Below, piece after piece: positions 16,001 through 25,169 of a DNA stretch of 38,908 bases. The translations under genes and the position numbers were made by a program. How positions within the stretch are numbered: position 1 is the stretch's first letter; every line of letters begins with the position of its first letter. The stretch is from an uncultured Thermoanaerobaculia bacterium (GTDB lineage: Bacteria; Acidobacteriota; Thermoanaerobaculia; Thermoanaerobaculales; Sulfomarinibacteraceae). The notes beneath the pieces were generated by a model that worked only from the letters and a program-made list of their open reading frames with translations, did no database searches and was not told the DNA's origin. The stretch spans positions 1-38,908 of the forward strand of contig CAZQYU010000004.1 in NCBI GenBank assembly GCA_964597585.1, in the 5' to 3' direction.

Positions 16001-17176
16001 ATGGAGAGCACCCCCGACGACACCATGCGATGGGCCTCGGCAGTGGCCACCGACGACAACTTCCTGAAGGCCATAGCGGTGGCGGCGCGGGAGATCCGCG
16101 ACCAGCTCGAGGCCGATGACCCGGACCTGGTCTTCGCATTCGTGTCTCCCCACCACCGGGCGGTCTGGGATGCGCTCCCCCGCCTGCTGGCGCAGGAGTT
16201 TCCGACCGCCACCCGCCTCGGCGCATCCGGCGGCGGAATCATAGGTTCGGGACACGAGTTCGAGGGCCGTGCCGCTGTCAGCCTGACCGCAGCACGGATG
16301 CCGAGAATCACCATTCTCCCCTTCGTCCTCGAACACGAAATGACCTTCGACAGCTGTGATCTCGCAGACGCCGACCCAGTCGCGCTGGTCGTGCTGGGAG
16401 AACCCTCGTACGGCAATATCGAGGATCTTCTGGCGGAGATCGACCGTCGCTTCCCCGCCACCACGATCGTGGGTGGCATGGCGTCAGGAGCGCGTCACGT
16501 CGGCGAGAACCTCCTCCTCCTCGACGATCAACTGATCACCGAGGGGGTCGTCGGAGTCGCTCTGTCAGGGGATCTCGCGGTCGACTCGATCGTCGCCCAA
16601 GGATGCCGCCCGGTCGGGAATCCAATGTTTGTGACTCGATGTGACGAGGGCATGCTGCTTGAGATCGACGGCCGCCGCCCGATCGAGGTGCTGCACGAGC
16701 TCTTCGATAGCCTCTCGCCTCGCGACCAGGAGCTGCTTCGGTACTCGCTGTTTCTCGGACTCGTGATGCAGGGTGAGCAGAGCACCTACCGCCAGGGCGA
16801 CTTCCTGGTCCGCAACATCGTCGGAGTCGACCCGGAAAGCGGCGTGCTGGCGGTCAGTGCGCCCCTGACGCCCCACCAGGTGATCCAGTTCCACCTTCGA
16901 GATGCCCGAACCTCGGCCGACGACCTGAGGTCGCACCTCGCCTTCTACCGCAGCCGAGCGCTGCCACCCCCTCGGGGCGCGCTGCTGTTCTCCTGCCTTG
17001 GCCGCGGCAAGGGTCTGTATCAGGTCCCGGACCACGACAGCCGGGAGCTGGCGACCGCCCTGGGGCCGATCCCGATCGGTGGCTTCTTCTGCAACGGAGA
17101 GATCGGTCAGGTCCAGGGCAGGACCTACCTCCACGGCTACACGAGCTCCATCGCGCTGTTCCGTCCGAGGGGCTGA
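16001..17176 (+). CDS. FIST N/C domain protein
   Basis: PDLVFAFVS, GASGGGIIG, GGMASG, VAQGCRPVG, QFHLRDA, LFSCLGRG, GFFCNGEIG, LHGYT; GGGAGG RBS. Confidence 0.9.
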   Translation: MESTPDDTMRWASAVATDDNFLKAIAVAAREIRDQLEADDPDLVFAFVSPHHRAVWDALPRLLAQEFPTATRLGASGGGIIGSGHEFEGRAAVSLTAARMPRITILPFVLEHEMTFDSCDLADADPVALVVLGEPSYGNIEDLLAEIDRRFPATTIVGGMASGARHVGENLLLLDDQLITEGVVGVALSGDLAVDSIVAQGCRPVGNPMFVTRCDEGMLLEIDGRRPIEVLHELFDSLSPRDQELLRYSLFLGLVMQGEQSTYRQGDFLVRNIVGVDPESGVLAVSAPLTPHQVIQFHLRDARTSADDLRSHLAFYRSRALPPPRGALLFSCLGRGKGLYQVPDHDSRELATALGPIPIGGFFCNGEIGQVQGRTYLHGYTSSIALFRPRG

Positions 17177-17247
17177 GTTCCCGGGAATCGGGCCTTTGAT
17201 GCGGAGGTCAGGGTGTCGCTGAGCCACCGCCGTCACCGGGGTGTCGG

Positions 17248-17628
17248 TCACTTCTCGATGAACTCGAGCTTGTAGCCGTCGGGATCCTCGACGAAGGCGA
17301 TCACCGTCGACCCGTGCTTCATCGGTCCTGGCTCGCGCACGACTGCGCCGCCTGACTGACGCACCCGCTCGCAGGCGCCGCGAATGTCGTCGACACCGAT
17401 CGCAATGTGACCGAACCCGGACCCGAGCTCATAGCTCGCGGTGTCCCAGTTGTGGGTCAGCTCGATCACCGCCGAGTCGGACTCGTTGTCGTAGCCGAGG
17501 AACGCGAGCGTGAAACGGCCGCCCGGGTAGTCTTGGCGGCGCAGCAGGCGCATGCCGAGGGCCTCGGTGTAGAAGCGGATCGAGCGTTCGAGGTCGCCGA
17601 CCCGGATCATTGTGTGCAGGATTCTCAC
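17248..17628 (-). CDS. gloA: Lactoylglutathione lyase (glyoxalase I, E. coli-like short type)
   Basis: [55 protein letters not shown]; AGGAGG RBS 6 nt before the GTG. Confidence 0.95.
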   Translation of the reverse strand: MRILHTMIRVGDLERSIRFYTEALGMRLLRRQDYPGGRFTLAFLGYDNESDSAVIELTHNWDTASYELGSGFGHIAIGVDDIRGACERVRQSGGAVVREPGPMKHGSTVIAFVEDPDGYKLEFIEK

Positions 17629-17639
17629 CAAATTCCTCC

Positions 17640-18848
17640 TCAGAAGTCCGAGGTCATGATGAACACGGGGGCGCCGTCGAAACGATTGTAGAACGGGCGT
17701 AGGCGCTCCCTGTTGTAGAACTTGCCGACGTCCACCACCTTCTTTCGGCTGCTCACGACCTCGATCGGGACGTTGTCGTAGCGGCCGTTACGCACATTGA
17801 CCAACCGCCCCGACCTGCCCTCCTGGATCAGGTCCATCGCCAGGTTGCCGAAGGCCATTGGGACGATGGAGTCCATCGCGTCGGGATCGCCGCAGCGCAC
17901 CAGGTATCCCAACCGCTGGTTGATGACATTGATTCGTCGTCCGCGGTTGTACTTCGGGGAGACCTCCCGGAGCGCGCGCGCGACGACGTCGCCGACCCCG
18001 CCGAGCTTCTTGTGCCCGAACATGTCGGTCTCCTGCTCCGCAAAGACCATGTCCTCGAGACCGGTGAAAGTCGCGCCCTCGGACACCAGCACCACGCTGT
18101 AGTTCGACGGGTTGCGTCGACGGTCCTCCGACAGCAGATCGCACAGGTGCTCGATGTCGAAGGGATGCTCCGGGATCACGCAGCGGTTGGCGGCACCCGC
18201 CATGGTCGGCAGCAGGGCCGTGAACCCGGCGTAGCGGCCGAAGACCTCGATCACCAGGAAACGTTCGTGGCTCCCCGCAGAGGTCCGTAGGGCGTGGGTC
18301 ATCTCGATGGTGCGGGTCACACAGGTTGAGAAACCGATGCAGTAGTCGGTTCCCGGGACGTCGTTGTCCATGGTCTTTGGAAGAGCGATGACCGGCACTC
18401 CCTTGTGATGGAGGTGGACGCCATAGGACAGCGTGTCGTCGCCGCCGATGGGGACCAGGGTGTCGATCCCAAGCCATTCGATGTTGGCCAGAACCTCCGG
18501 CGTGAGGTCGTTGGCCTCGTCGGCGTAGCGCTCCTGAAGGTGCTCCGGAACGTTGAACCGCGGGATGTGACTGGGACGGGTCCGCGAGGTGTGGAGAAAC
18601 GTTCCCCCGGTCCGTCCGACCTTGTTCACGCCCTCGTCGGTAAGGTCCAGAACGCACTGACCCAGGCTCGCCGGGTCATTGCGGTCGATCTCGATCAGAC
18701 CCGCCCAGCCGCGGCGGATCCCGAGCACGCGGTAGCCTTCGCGTAGAGCCCGGACGGTGATGGCCCGAATCGCCGGGTTGAGCCCGGGGACATCACCCCC
18801 CCCGGTCAGAATACCGATCGTGCCTCGGATCGTAGTGTGCGTGGCCAT
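17640..18848 (-). CDS. pfkA: 6-phosphofructokinase, PfkA family, with PPi-dependent signature
   Basis: [48 protein letters not shown]. Confidence 0.9.
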   Translation of the reverse strand: MATHTTIRGTIGILTGGGDVPGLNPAIRAITVRALREGYRVLGIRRGWAGLIEIDRNDPASLGQCVLDLTDEGVNKVGRTGGTFLHTSRTRPSHIPRFNVPEHLQERYADEANDLTPEVLANIEWLGIDTLVPIGGDDTLSYGVHLHHKGVPVIALPKTMDNDVPGTDYCIGFSTCVTRTIEMTHALRTSAGSHERFLVIEVFGRYAGFTALLPTMAGAANRCVIPEHPFDIEHLCDLLSEDRRRNPSNYSVVLVSEGATFTGLEDMVFAEQETDMFGHKKLGGVGDVVARALREVSPKYNRGRRINVINQRLGYLVRCGDPDAMDSIVPMAFGNLAMDLIQEGRSGRLVNVRNGRYDNVPIEVVSSRKKVVDVGKFYNRERLRPFYNRFDGAPVFIMTSDF

Positions 18849-18900
18849 GCGCGGGACCTTTCCGGGACGAGCTGCAACAGCTTCCGATCTGTGCGGCGCC

Positions 18901-19935
18901 TCAGGCGCTGACCACCCGCCAGGAGATCGTCGACTCCGCACGCAGTGGTACCACCTCACCGTCCCCTAGCCGATAACGTGCAGGAACCGCCCATACTTTC
19001 CGTTCCAGGCGAACGCTGGTCCGATTACGGGGGAGCCCGTAGAAGTCCGCTCCGTGAAATGCCGCAAAGGCCTCGAGGCGATTGAGCGCATCGGCCGCCT
19101 CAAAGGCCTCGGCATAGAGAGGCAAGGCCCCGTGGGCACTGAAGATCCCCGCACAACCGTTCGCACACTCCTTGCGCGATCGCTCGTGTGGAGCGCTGTC
19201 AGTGCCGAGAAAGAACCTCGGGTCGCCGCCGGTGGCGGCCTCGATGAGTGCGAACCGGTGCTCCTCGCGTTTGAGCACCGGGAGGCAGAAGTGGTGCGGC
19301 TGGAGGCCGCCGATGAAGAGGGCGTTGCGGTTCATCAGCAGGTGCTGTGGAGTAATGGTCGCCCCGACGCCGCTCGGGCAGGCGCGGACAAACTCCACGG
19401 CATCGCGGGTCGTCGCATGCTCGAGCACCAGCCTCAGACCGGGATAGCGATCCCGCAGCGGGACCAGGACCCTGTCGATGAACGCCTTCTCGCGGTCGAA
19501 GACATCAACCTGCGGGTCGGTCACCTCGCCGTGGACCAGCAACGGCAGTCCCAACTCCTCCATCGTGCCGAGCACGTCGCCGACCCGCTCGAGCGAGGTC
19601 ACTCCTGCCTCGGAGTTCGTCGTGGCACCTGCAGGGTAGAGCTTGGCCGCCACGATCCCCGCCGCATGCGCACGAGCCACCTCGTCGGGGCTGGTGAGGT
19701 CGGTCAAATAGAGGGTCATCAACGGTTCGAAGGTGGAGCCTGCCGGTCGGGCAGCGAGAATCCGGCTTCTGTAGGCGTCGGCCTCGTCCACGGTGCGGAT
19801 CGGCGGACGGAGGTTCGGCATCACGACCGCACGCGCGAAGGTCGCCGCGCTGTACGCCACGGTGTCGGCGAGGGCCGTCCCATCGCGGAGGTGCAGGTGC
19901 CAGTCATCCGGTCGCGTCATGGTCAGGCTGTCCAT
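18901..19935 (-). CDS. pyrC: Dihydroorotase, class II (E. coli-type)
   Basis: RPDDWHLHLRDG, VMPNL, KLYPAGATTNS, VHGEV, LEHATT, CLPVLK, GTDSAPH; start 19935 (alternatives 19944, 19989). Confidence 0.95.
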   Translation of the reverse strand: MDSLTMTRPDDWHLHLRDGTALADTVAYSAATFARAVVMPNLRPPIRTVDEADAYRSRILAARPAGSTFEPLMTLYLTDLTSPDEVARAHAAGIVAAKLYPAGATTNSEAGVTSLERVGDVLGTMEELGLPLLVHGEVTDPQVDVFDREKAFIDRVLVPLRDRYPGLRLVLEHATTRDAVEFVRACPSGVGATITPQHLLMNRNALFIGGLQPHHFCLPVLKREEHRFALIEAATGGDPRFFLGTDSAPHERSRKECANGCAGIFSAHGALPLYAEAFEAADALNRLEAFAAFHGADFYGLPRNRTSVRLERKVWAVPARYRLGDGEVVPLRAESTISWRVVSA

Positions 19936-19995
19936 AGATCGCATCCCTCCGCCGCCCCGCGCGCCGTACTCGGCGGGGATCGCGGGCACGCCGTC

Positions 19996-20017
19996 ATGAT
20001 ACGCGGCCTGTTACCGT
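19996..20017. promoter_or_regulatory. Back-to-back -10 elements for pyrC (minus) and the membrane protein gene (plus)
   Basis: TATCAT on minus at 20001-19996; TG-T-TACCGT on plus at 20009-20017, 7 nt before GTG 20025. Confidence 0.4.
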
Positions 20018-20024
20018 AGCTGTC

Positions 20025-22070
20025 GTGAGGGCGCAGAAACCCAACCGCAAAGGTGGACGCCGCACGCGGCTTGGCGGCGTGGTGATCGGGCTGCTTGCTG
20101 CTGCGGCGCTGCTTCCGGTCGCTGGCCTTGGTGGACGGCTCATCGTCTCCGGCCTGCCGCCGTTTCCTGTTGACGGCGACCATGCGCTGATCGAGATCGC
20201 CACCCGGCAGGCGGCGGCCGGCGAGCGGCTCCTCGGACCCTACTCCCGCTTCGGATTCCACCACCCCGGCCCCGCGCTCTTCTACCTGTACGCCCCGTTT
20301 CTCGCGAGCTTCGGTGGGAGCTACCTGGCACTGTGTCTGGGGGTGGTGTTCCTCGACCTGACCTCCCTCGCCGTGGTGCTCGGCATCTTCGCTCGTTCGA
20401 GGTGGGGCGAGGGCCTCGCTTGGCCTTCGCTCCTCCTCGCCGGGTACGTGCTCTACCTCGGGCCCGGCGTGCTGGTTTCGCCGTGGAACCCGCACGCGAT
20501 CCTGCTGCCCCTGTTGGCGACGCTGGTTGCTGCGTCGGCAGTCATGGCCGGCCGGGACATTTGGCTGCCTGCGGCCGTCGCCGGAGGCTCTCTGGTGCTT
20601 GAGAGTCATCTCGGGCTGCTTCCGGTGCTCGCTGCGACGACAGCCGTGATTCTCCTCGTCCGTGTACGACTGAGGTCCGCGCCCGCGACACCGGGGCGGA
20701 CCGGCCCGAGGGGAGCTGCGTGGCCGACGGCGGCAGCCGTCGCTCTCGTCGCCTGGCTCCCGGTCGGTCTCGAGGCCGCTCTCCACCGAGGGGGCAACCT
20801 CGCGGCCATCGCGTCCTTCGTCCGCCACCGACAGGGTGGGCAGCCGCTTGCAGCCGCACTCCGGACGGTGTTCGCCCACATCGGCGCCCCTCTGGTGACA
20901 CCATGGGGCGCGACGGCACGGGACAGCCCGGGCGGCGGGACGCCCTGGCTCGGTCTCGCCCTCGTCGTCGCCACTGCCCTCGCCTTCGTCGTCGCCGCCC
21001 GTCGTCGGCGCCGCTTCGGCGCCGCGCTCGCCGTCACCACGCTCGTTTCATCCCTCGCCGCCGTCTTCGCGACGGCGTCGGTGGTCGGGACGCTCCATGA
21101 GTATCTGGTGCGGTGGGTGACCGTCCTCGCCCCGCTCGGCCTGCTCGCGGTCGGCGAAGCCATCCGCCCCGAGCCGGCCAGTGCCCGCGGCCGGCGCGTC
21201 CTCTCGGTCACGCTCGGGCTCGCGCTCGCTGCCGTCGCCGCGACCTCGTGGCACGCAACGCTGGCGTGGGACGACATCGACCGCCTCCAATCGTCGGACC
21301 GTTTCGCCCAGAATCGCTTGCTCGGTGACGCGGCACTCGCCGAGGCGGCTCGAGTCAAGCCCGCCGGGATCACCGTCATCCCGGTGGAATCCGATCGCTG
21401 GGGCACAGCTGCGGCGGTCGCAGCGAAGCTGCTGACAGCCGGAAACGGCATCGCGGTCGGGTCACGGTGGCGTGACATGTTCGGACTCCCGCGCTCACCG
21501 AAGCCGGAAGACCTCCGGCTCGGCCTGGCATCTCACGAGGACGATTTCCCAGGAGCTCTCTTGGCCGAGGTCGGAGACACTCGGCTTGTGCGGCTGGAAC
21601 CGCAGCCTCTCACCGCAGGCGAGCTCAGCTTCGGCCGCGCGAACGCAGCCGTCTACCTGCTCGACGGGTTCGACGCCGCTGAGGGCTCTGGAGGCGAGGG
21701 ATTCCGCTGGATGATCGGCCGCCGCGGGCGGATTCTGCTTCCCGTCACCGACACTCTGAAGCCTGCGGTCATCGCCCTCGAAATCGAACCGTTGGCGGTT
21801 CCGGACGCTCAGCAGGCCGTGACCGTGAGGGTCGACGGAAAGCTCGCAGGAATGGCTGCGCTCGACCTGGGCGGGTTCGAGTGGTACCGCTTCAAGGTCC
21901 CCTACGGCACCGCGGCGGGTGTCGCCGTGGTGGAGCTCGATGCGGCGTGGGCACGGTCGCCGTTCGAGCTCGAACGCTCGCTCGACGTGCGTCCGTTGAG
22001 CCTCAGGATCCGCCGACTTCGCCTCGAGCCGGCCGTTGAGCTCCCTCCCGCGCCGGAACTCCGGCCCTGA
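20025..22070 (+). CDS. Multi-pass membrane protein, probable GT-C fold glycosyltransferase with a periplasmic C-terminal domain
   Basis: About 11 hydrophobic segments; DGDHALIE acidic motif after TM1, GPYSRFGFHHPGP, SPWNPH; soluble beta-rich C-terminus. Confidence 0.65.
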   Translation: MRAQKPNRKGGRRTRLGGVVIGLLAAAALLPVAGLGGRLIVSGLPPFPVDGDHALIEIATRQAAAGERLLGPYSRFGFHHPGPALFYLYAPFLASFGGSYLALCLGVVFLDLTSLAVVLGIFARSRWGEGLAWPSLLLAGYVLYLGPGVLVSPWNPHAILLPLLATLVAASAVMAGRDIWLPAAVAGGSLVLESHLGLLPVLAATTAVILLVRVRLRSAPATPGRTGPRGAAWPTAAAVALVAWLPVGLEAALHRGGNLAAIASFVRHRQGGQPLAAALRTVFAHIGAPLVTPWGATARDSPGGGTPWLGLALVVATALAFVVAARRRRRFGAALAVTTLVSSLAAVFATASVVGTLHEYLVRWVTVLAPLGLLAVGEAIRPEPASARGRRVLSVTLGLALAAVAATSWHATLAWDDIDRLQSSDRFAQNRLLGDAALAEAARVKPAGITVIPVESDRWGTAAAVAAKLLTAGNGIAVGSRWRDMFGLPRSPKPEDLRLGLASHEDDFPGALLAEVGDTRLVRLEPQPLTAGELSFGRANAAVYLLDGFDAAEGSGGEGFRWMIGRRGRILLPVTDTLKPAVIALEIEPLAVPDAQQAVTVRVDGKLAGMAALDLGGFEWYRFKVPYGTAAGVAVVELDAAWARSPFELERSLDVRPLSLRIRRLRLEPAVELPPAPELRP

Positions 22071-22365
22071 TGAGGGCAGTGACCACCATTGTCGGGGCGA
22101 CTCCGTCGATCTCTATCAGCTTGTCCTGGGAGGCCGCACCGATGATCAGGTCGAGACGGCGGCGCTCCACCCCGACCACCTCCGCGACCAGCCGCAGCAC
22201 CGCCTCGTTCGCCCGACCACGTTCGGGAGGCGCCTGGACCTCGACCTTGAGCGCTCCCCCATGAGCTCCGATGACCCGTGAACGACGCGCACCGGCCTTG
22301 ACCCTGAGTCTGAGCCGGCTCGACGAGGAATGGGCGATGATCTCGACCTCGTCGCTCGTGTCCAT
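22003..22365 (-). CDS. DUF167/YggU (UPF0235) family protein
   Basis: LRLRVKAGARRSRV.G....ALKVEVQAPPERGRANEAVLRLVA..G......IIGAASQDK. Confidence 0.88.
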   Translation of the reverse strand: MDTSDEVEIIAHSSSSRLRLRVKAGARRSRVIGAHGGALKVEVQAPPERGRANEAVLRLVAEVVGVERRRLDLIIGAASQDKLIEIDGVAPTMVVTALIRAGVPAREGAQRPARGEVGGS

Positions 22366-22373
22366 GACTGCCG

Positions 22374-23165
22374 CTATCCGCGGGACAGGATGACGCCGCG
22401 GCGGGAAGCGTCGATGAACGAGAGCACCTGGTTCACTTCGGGCTGTCCGGCGAGCTCCCGCCGGCAGATCTCCAGGGCCTCCGAGGTCGGTAGCCTCGGG
22501 TTGTGGAGGTGCCGCCACAGCCGTTTGAGCGCGTCACGTGCCTCAGGGCTGAAGCCCTTTCGCTCGAGCCCGATCGAGTTTGGGCCAAAACAGCGGGCGG
22601 GACGTCCGCCGACAGTCTTCATGAACGGAAGACAGTCCTTGGTGGCAACCGTGAAGCCGCCGAGGAAGGCGTGGCGTCCGACCCGACAGAACTGATGGAC
22701 CGCCGAAAAGGCGCCGATGCTGGCGTCGTCCCCGACCTCCACGTGTCCGGCCAAAGTCGCCGCGTTCGCAAAGATCGTGCGGCTGCCCACGTGGCAGTCG
22801 TGCGCGACGTGGGCCGCGGTCATGAACAGACTGCCGTCTCCCAGCGTCGTGACACCGCCTCCGCCCGGGGTCCCCCGGTGCAGGGTGACGAACTCTCGAA
22901 AGACGTTGCCGTCGCCGACAACCAGTCGGGTCGGTTGGCCGGCATACTTCAGGTCCTGGGGAGGAGCGCCGATCGAGCAATGGCTCTCGAAGCGATTGCC
23001 ACGACCGATCGTGGTATGGCCGGTGAAACGGCAGTAGGGTCCGACCATGCAGCCATCGCCGATGGTGACGTCGGCCTCGATGATGCAGTACGGTCCAATC
23101 ACGACCCTGTCGCCGATGATCGCCCCGGGCTCGACCAAAGCTGTTGGGTGGATCTGCGCGCTCAA
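22374..23165 (-). CDS. lpxA: UDP-N-acetylglucosamine O-acyltransferase
   Basis: IHPTALV, hexapeptide repeats, PQDLKY, REFVTLHRGT, HVAHDC, LAGHVEV, HQF; TTG start overlapping the fabZ TGA. Confidence 0.95.
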   Translation of the reverse strand: MSAQIHPTALVEPGAIIGDRVVIGPYCIIEADVTIGDGCMVGPYCRFTGHTTIGRGNRFESHCSIGAPPQDLKYAGQPTRLVVGDGNVFREFVTLHRGTPGGGGVTTLGDGSLFMTAAHVAHDCHVGSRTIFANAATLAGHVEVGDDASIGAFSAVHQFCRVGRHAFLGGFTVATKDCLPFMKTVGGRPARCFGPNSIGLERKGFSPEARDALKRLWRHLHNPRLPTSEALEICRRELAGQPEVNQVLSFIDASRRGVILSRG

Positions 23166-23593
23166 GGACGCTCCACCATGGCGGAGATCAGCTCCGCCTC
23201 GCACACAAGGTTGCCATTCACCTTCGCGGTTCCCGCGAGCTTGGCGAACGTTCGACGGCGCGAGCGCACTTCGACCTCGAAGATGACCTGATCACCTGGT
23301 ACCACCGGTCGTCGAAAGCGGCAGTTGTCGATCCCGGTGAACAGGATCAGCTTGCCCTTGCGGTCCTCGATGGTCCGAAGGAGCATGAATCCCCCCGCCT
23401 GGGCCATGGCCTCGACGATCAGCACGCCGGGCATGACCGGATTCTCAGGAAAGTGCCCCGCGAAGAAAGGCTCGTTGAAGGTGACGTTCTTCAGCGCTCG
23501 GACGTGCCGGTCGTCAACCTCGAGAATCCGGTCGACGAGCAGCATCGGGTACCGGTGCGGCATCACGTTGAGGATCTCGCGGATGTCGTGCAT
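23162..23593 (-). CDS. fabZ: 3-hydroxyacyl-ACP dehydratase
   Basis: PHRYPMLLVDRI, KNVTFNEPFFAGHFP..PVMPGVLIVEAMAQ, FRRPVVPGD. Confidence 0.96.
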   Translation of the reverse strand: MHDIREILNVMPHRYPMLLVDRILEVDDRHVRALKNVTFNEPFFAGHFPENPVMPGVLIVEAMAQAGGFMLLRTIEDRKGKLILFTGIDNCRFRRPVVPGDQVIFEVEVRSRRRTFAKLAGTAKVNGNLVCEAELISAMVERP

Positions 23594-24633
23594 CACTCCC
23601 CGCCTTCCCCGTCGCCGAGCAGCCGTGCGACACGTGTTTCCAGAGCGCGGAGCCGCTCGAGGACGGCCGGCAGGCGGCGCAGGCTGGCTCCGTCCCTCAG
23701 CCACTCGCGGTGGGGCTGCGCCGGGATTCCAGCCACGAAGCCTCCATCAGGCACATCCTTGATGACAGCGGTCTTGGCCGCGACCACGACCCGATCGCCG
23801 ATTCGGAGATGTCCAGCAGCACCCGACTGCCCCGCCATGATCACGTGGTGTCCGAGGTGAGTCGAGCCGGAGATCCCGACCTGAGCGACCAGGAGGCAAC
23901 CCTCCCCCACTCTGACGTTGTGGGCAATCTGGACCAGGTTGTCGATCTTGGTTCCACGGCCGATCCTGGTCTCACCGAGCGTCGCGCGATCGATGCAGAC
24001 GTTGGCTCCGAGCTCGACATCGTCCTCCAGCACGACGACGCCCACCTGCGGCACCTTGTGGTGCACGCCGCTCACGGTCGCGAAGCCATAACCGTCCGAA
24101 CCCACCACGGCGCCGGCCTGGAGGATGCATCGATCGCCGACCCGGCACCTGTCGAGAACGGCGACCCTCGGGTGCAAGAGGCAGTCGTCACCGATCACGA
24201 CGTCGCACCCGATCACGCTGCCCGCGCCGATCACCGTGCCTCGTCCGATCAGCGTCCGCTCACCAACCACCGCGTTGGCTGCGACGGTTACACGCTCCCC
24301 GATCTCCACGCCCGCGGCAACGACCGCGCTCGCGTGCACGCCGGGCTGCGGCCGAAGCACGGGATGGAGCAGCTCCAAGGCTCGTGCCAGTCCCAGGTAG
24401 GGCTCCGCCGTGACCAAGAGGTTTCGACCTGGAAGAGCGGCAGGGTCTGCGACCAGAATGGCGCCCGCTCGCGAGCTCGCCGCCTGCGCCGCGTACTTGC
24501 GGTTATGGAGGAACGAAAGATCATCCGGGCCGGCCTCCTCAAGAGGTCGAACGGCCCGGATCGTTGTCGTGGGATCGCCGACCACCTCGGCGCCGATCCT
24601 CGCAGCGAGCTCGTCGAGACGGTACGAGGTCAC
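23593..24633 (-). CDS. lpxD: UDP-3-O-acyl-glucosamine N-acyltransferase
   Basis: LSFLHNRKY, hexapeptide repeats, GSDGYGF, KVPQVG, IDRATLG, KIDNLVQIAHN, AQVGISGS. Confidence 0.96.
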   Translation of the reverse strand: MTSYRLDELAARIGAEVVGDPTTTIRAVRPLEEAGPDDLSFLHNRKYAAQAASSRAGAILVADPAALPGRNLLVTAEPYLGLARALELLHPVLRPQPGVHASAVVAAGVEIGERVTVAANAVVGERTLIGRGTVIGAGSVIGCDVVIGDDCLLHPRVAVLDRCRVGDRCILQAGAVVGSDGYGFATVSGVHHKVPQVGVVVLEDDVELGANVCIDRATLGETRIGRGTKIDNLVQIAHNVRVGEGCLLVAQVGISGSTHLGHHVIMAGQSGAAGHLRIGDRVVVAAKTAVIKDVPDGGFVAGIPAQPHREWLRDGASLRRLPAVLERLRALETRVARLLGDGEGGE

Positions 24634-25148
24634 TGTGTCGTGTTGAATCGCCGCACGACGTCGTCGGTGATGTCCACGGCTTGGTCGGCGTAGACCAGGC
24701 CGGACTGGTACTTGTTGAAGATCAGGGTGTAGCCCTTTTCCTTGCCGATCTGATCGATGACCGGCATGATCTTCGCTTCGAGCCCGTCCAGGGTCTTGCG
24801 CCTCGCATCCTCGAGCTCACGCTGGGCGTCGTCCTGGAAGCGCTTCAGCTCGATCTGCTTGTCTTCCATCTTCTTCTTCAGCTCGTCGAGCTTGTCGGGG
24901 GCGAGGGTCAGCTGTTGCTTGGTCAACTGGTCGCGCAACGACTCAAGGTCCGTCTGGATTCGCTTGCCCTGCTCCACACGGTCGGCCTGGAGCTTCTGCA
25001 GCTTCTGCAGGGCTTCCTTGCCCGGATCAGAGTCGGTGACGACGCGCTGGACGTCGATGACCGCCACCGTGACCTGCTGGGCGGCGGCGGGCAGCGCCAC
25101 CGCGGCAAGGGCGGCAGCCATGGCGATGCGGGTGAGTGTACGCAGCAT
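24630..25148 (-). CDS. skp: Periplasmic chaperone Skp/OmpH
   Basis: Signal peptide, VAVIDVQRVV, long coiled coil, GYTLIF....LVYA....DIT. Confidence 0.92.
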   Translation of the reverse strand: MLRTLTRIAMAAALAAVALPAAAQQVTVAVIDVQRVVTDSDPGKEALQKLQKLQADRVEQGKRIQTDLESLRDQLTKQQLTLAPDKLDELKKKMEDKQIELKRFQDDAQRELEDARRKTLDGLEAKIMPVIDQIGKEKGYTLIFNKYQSGLVYADQAVDITDDVVRRFNTTQ

Positions 25149-25169
25149 AAGTCTCTTCCTCCTGAGTTC

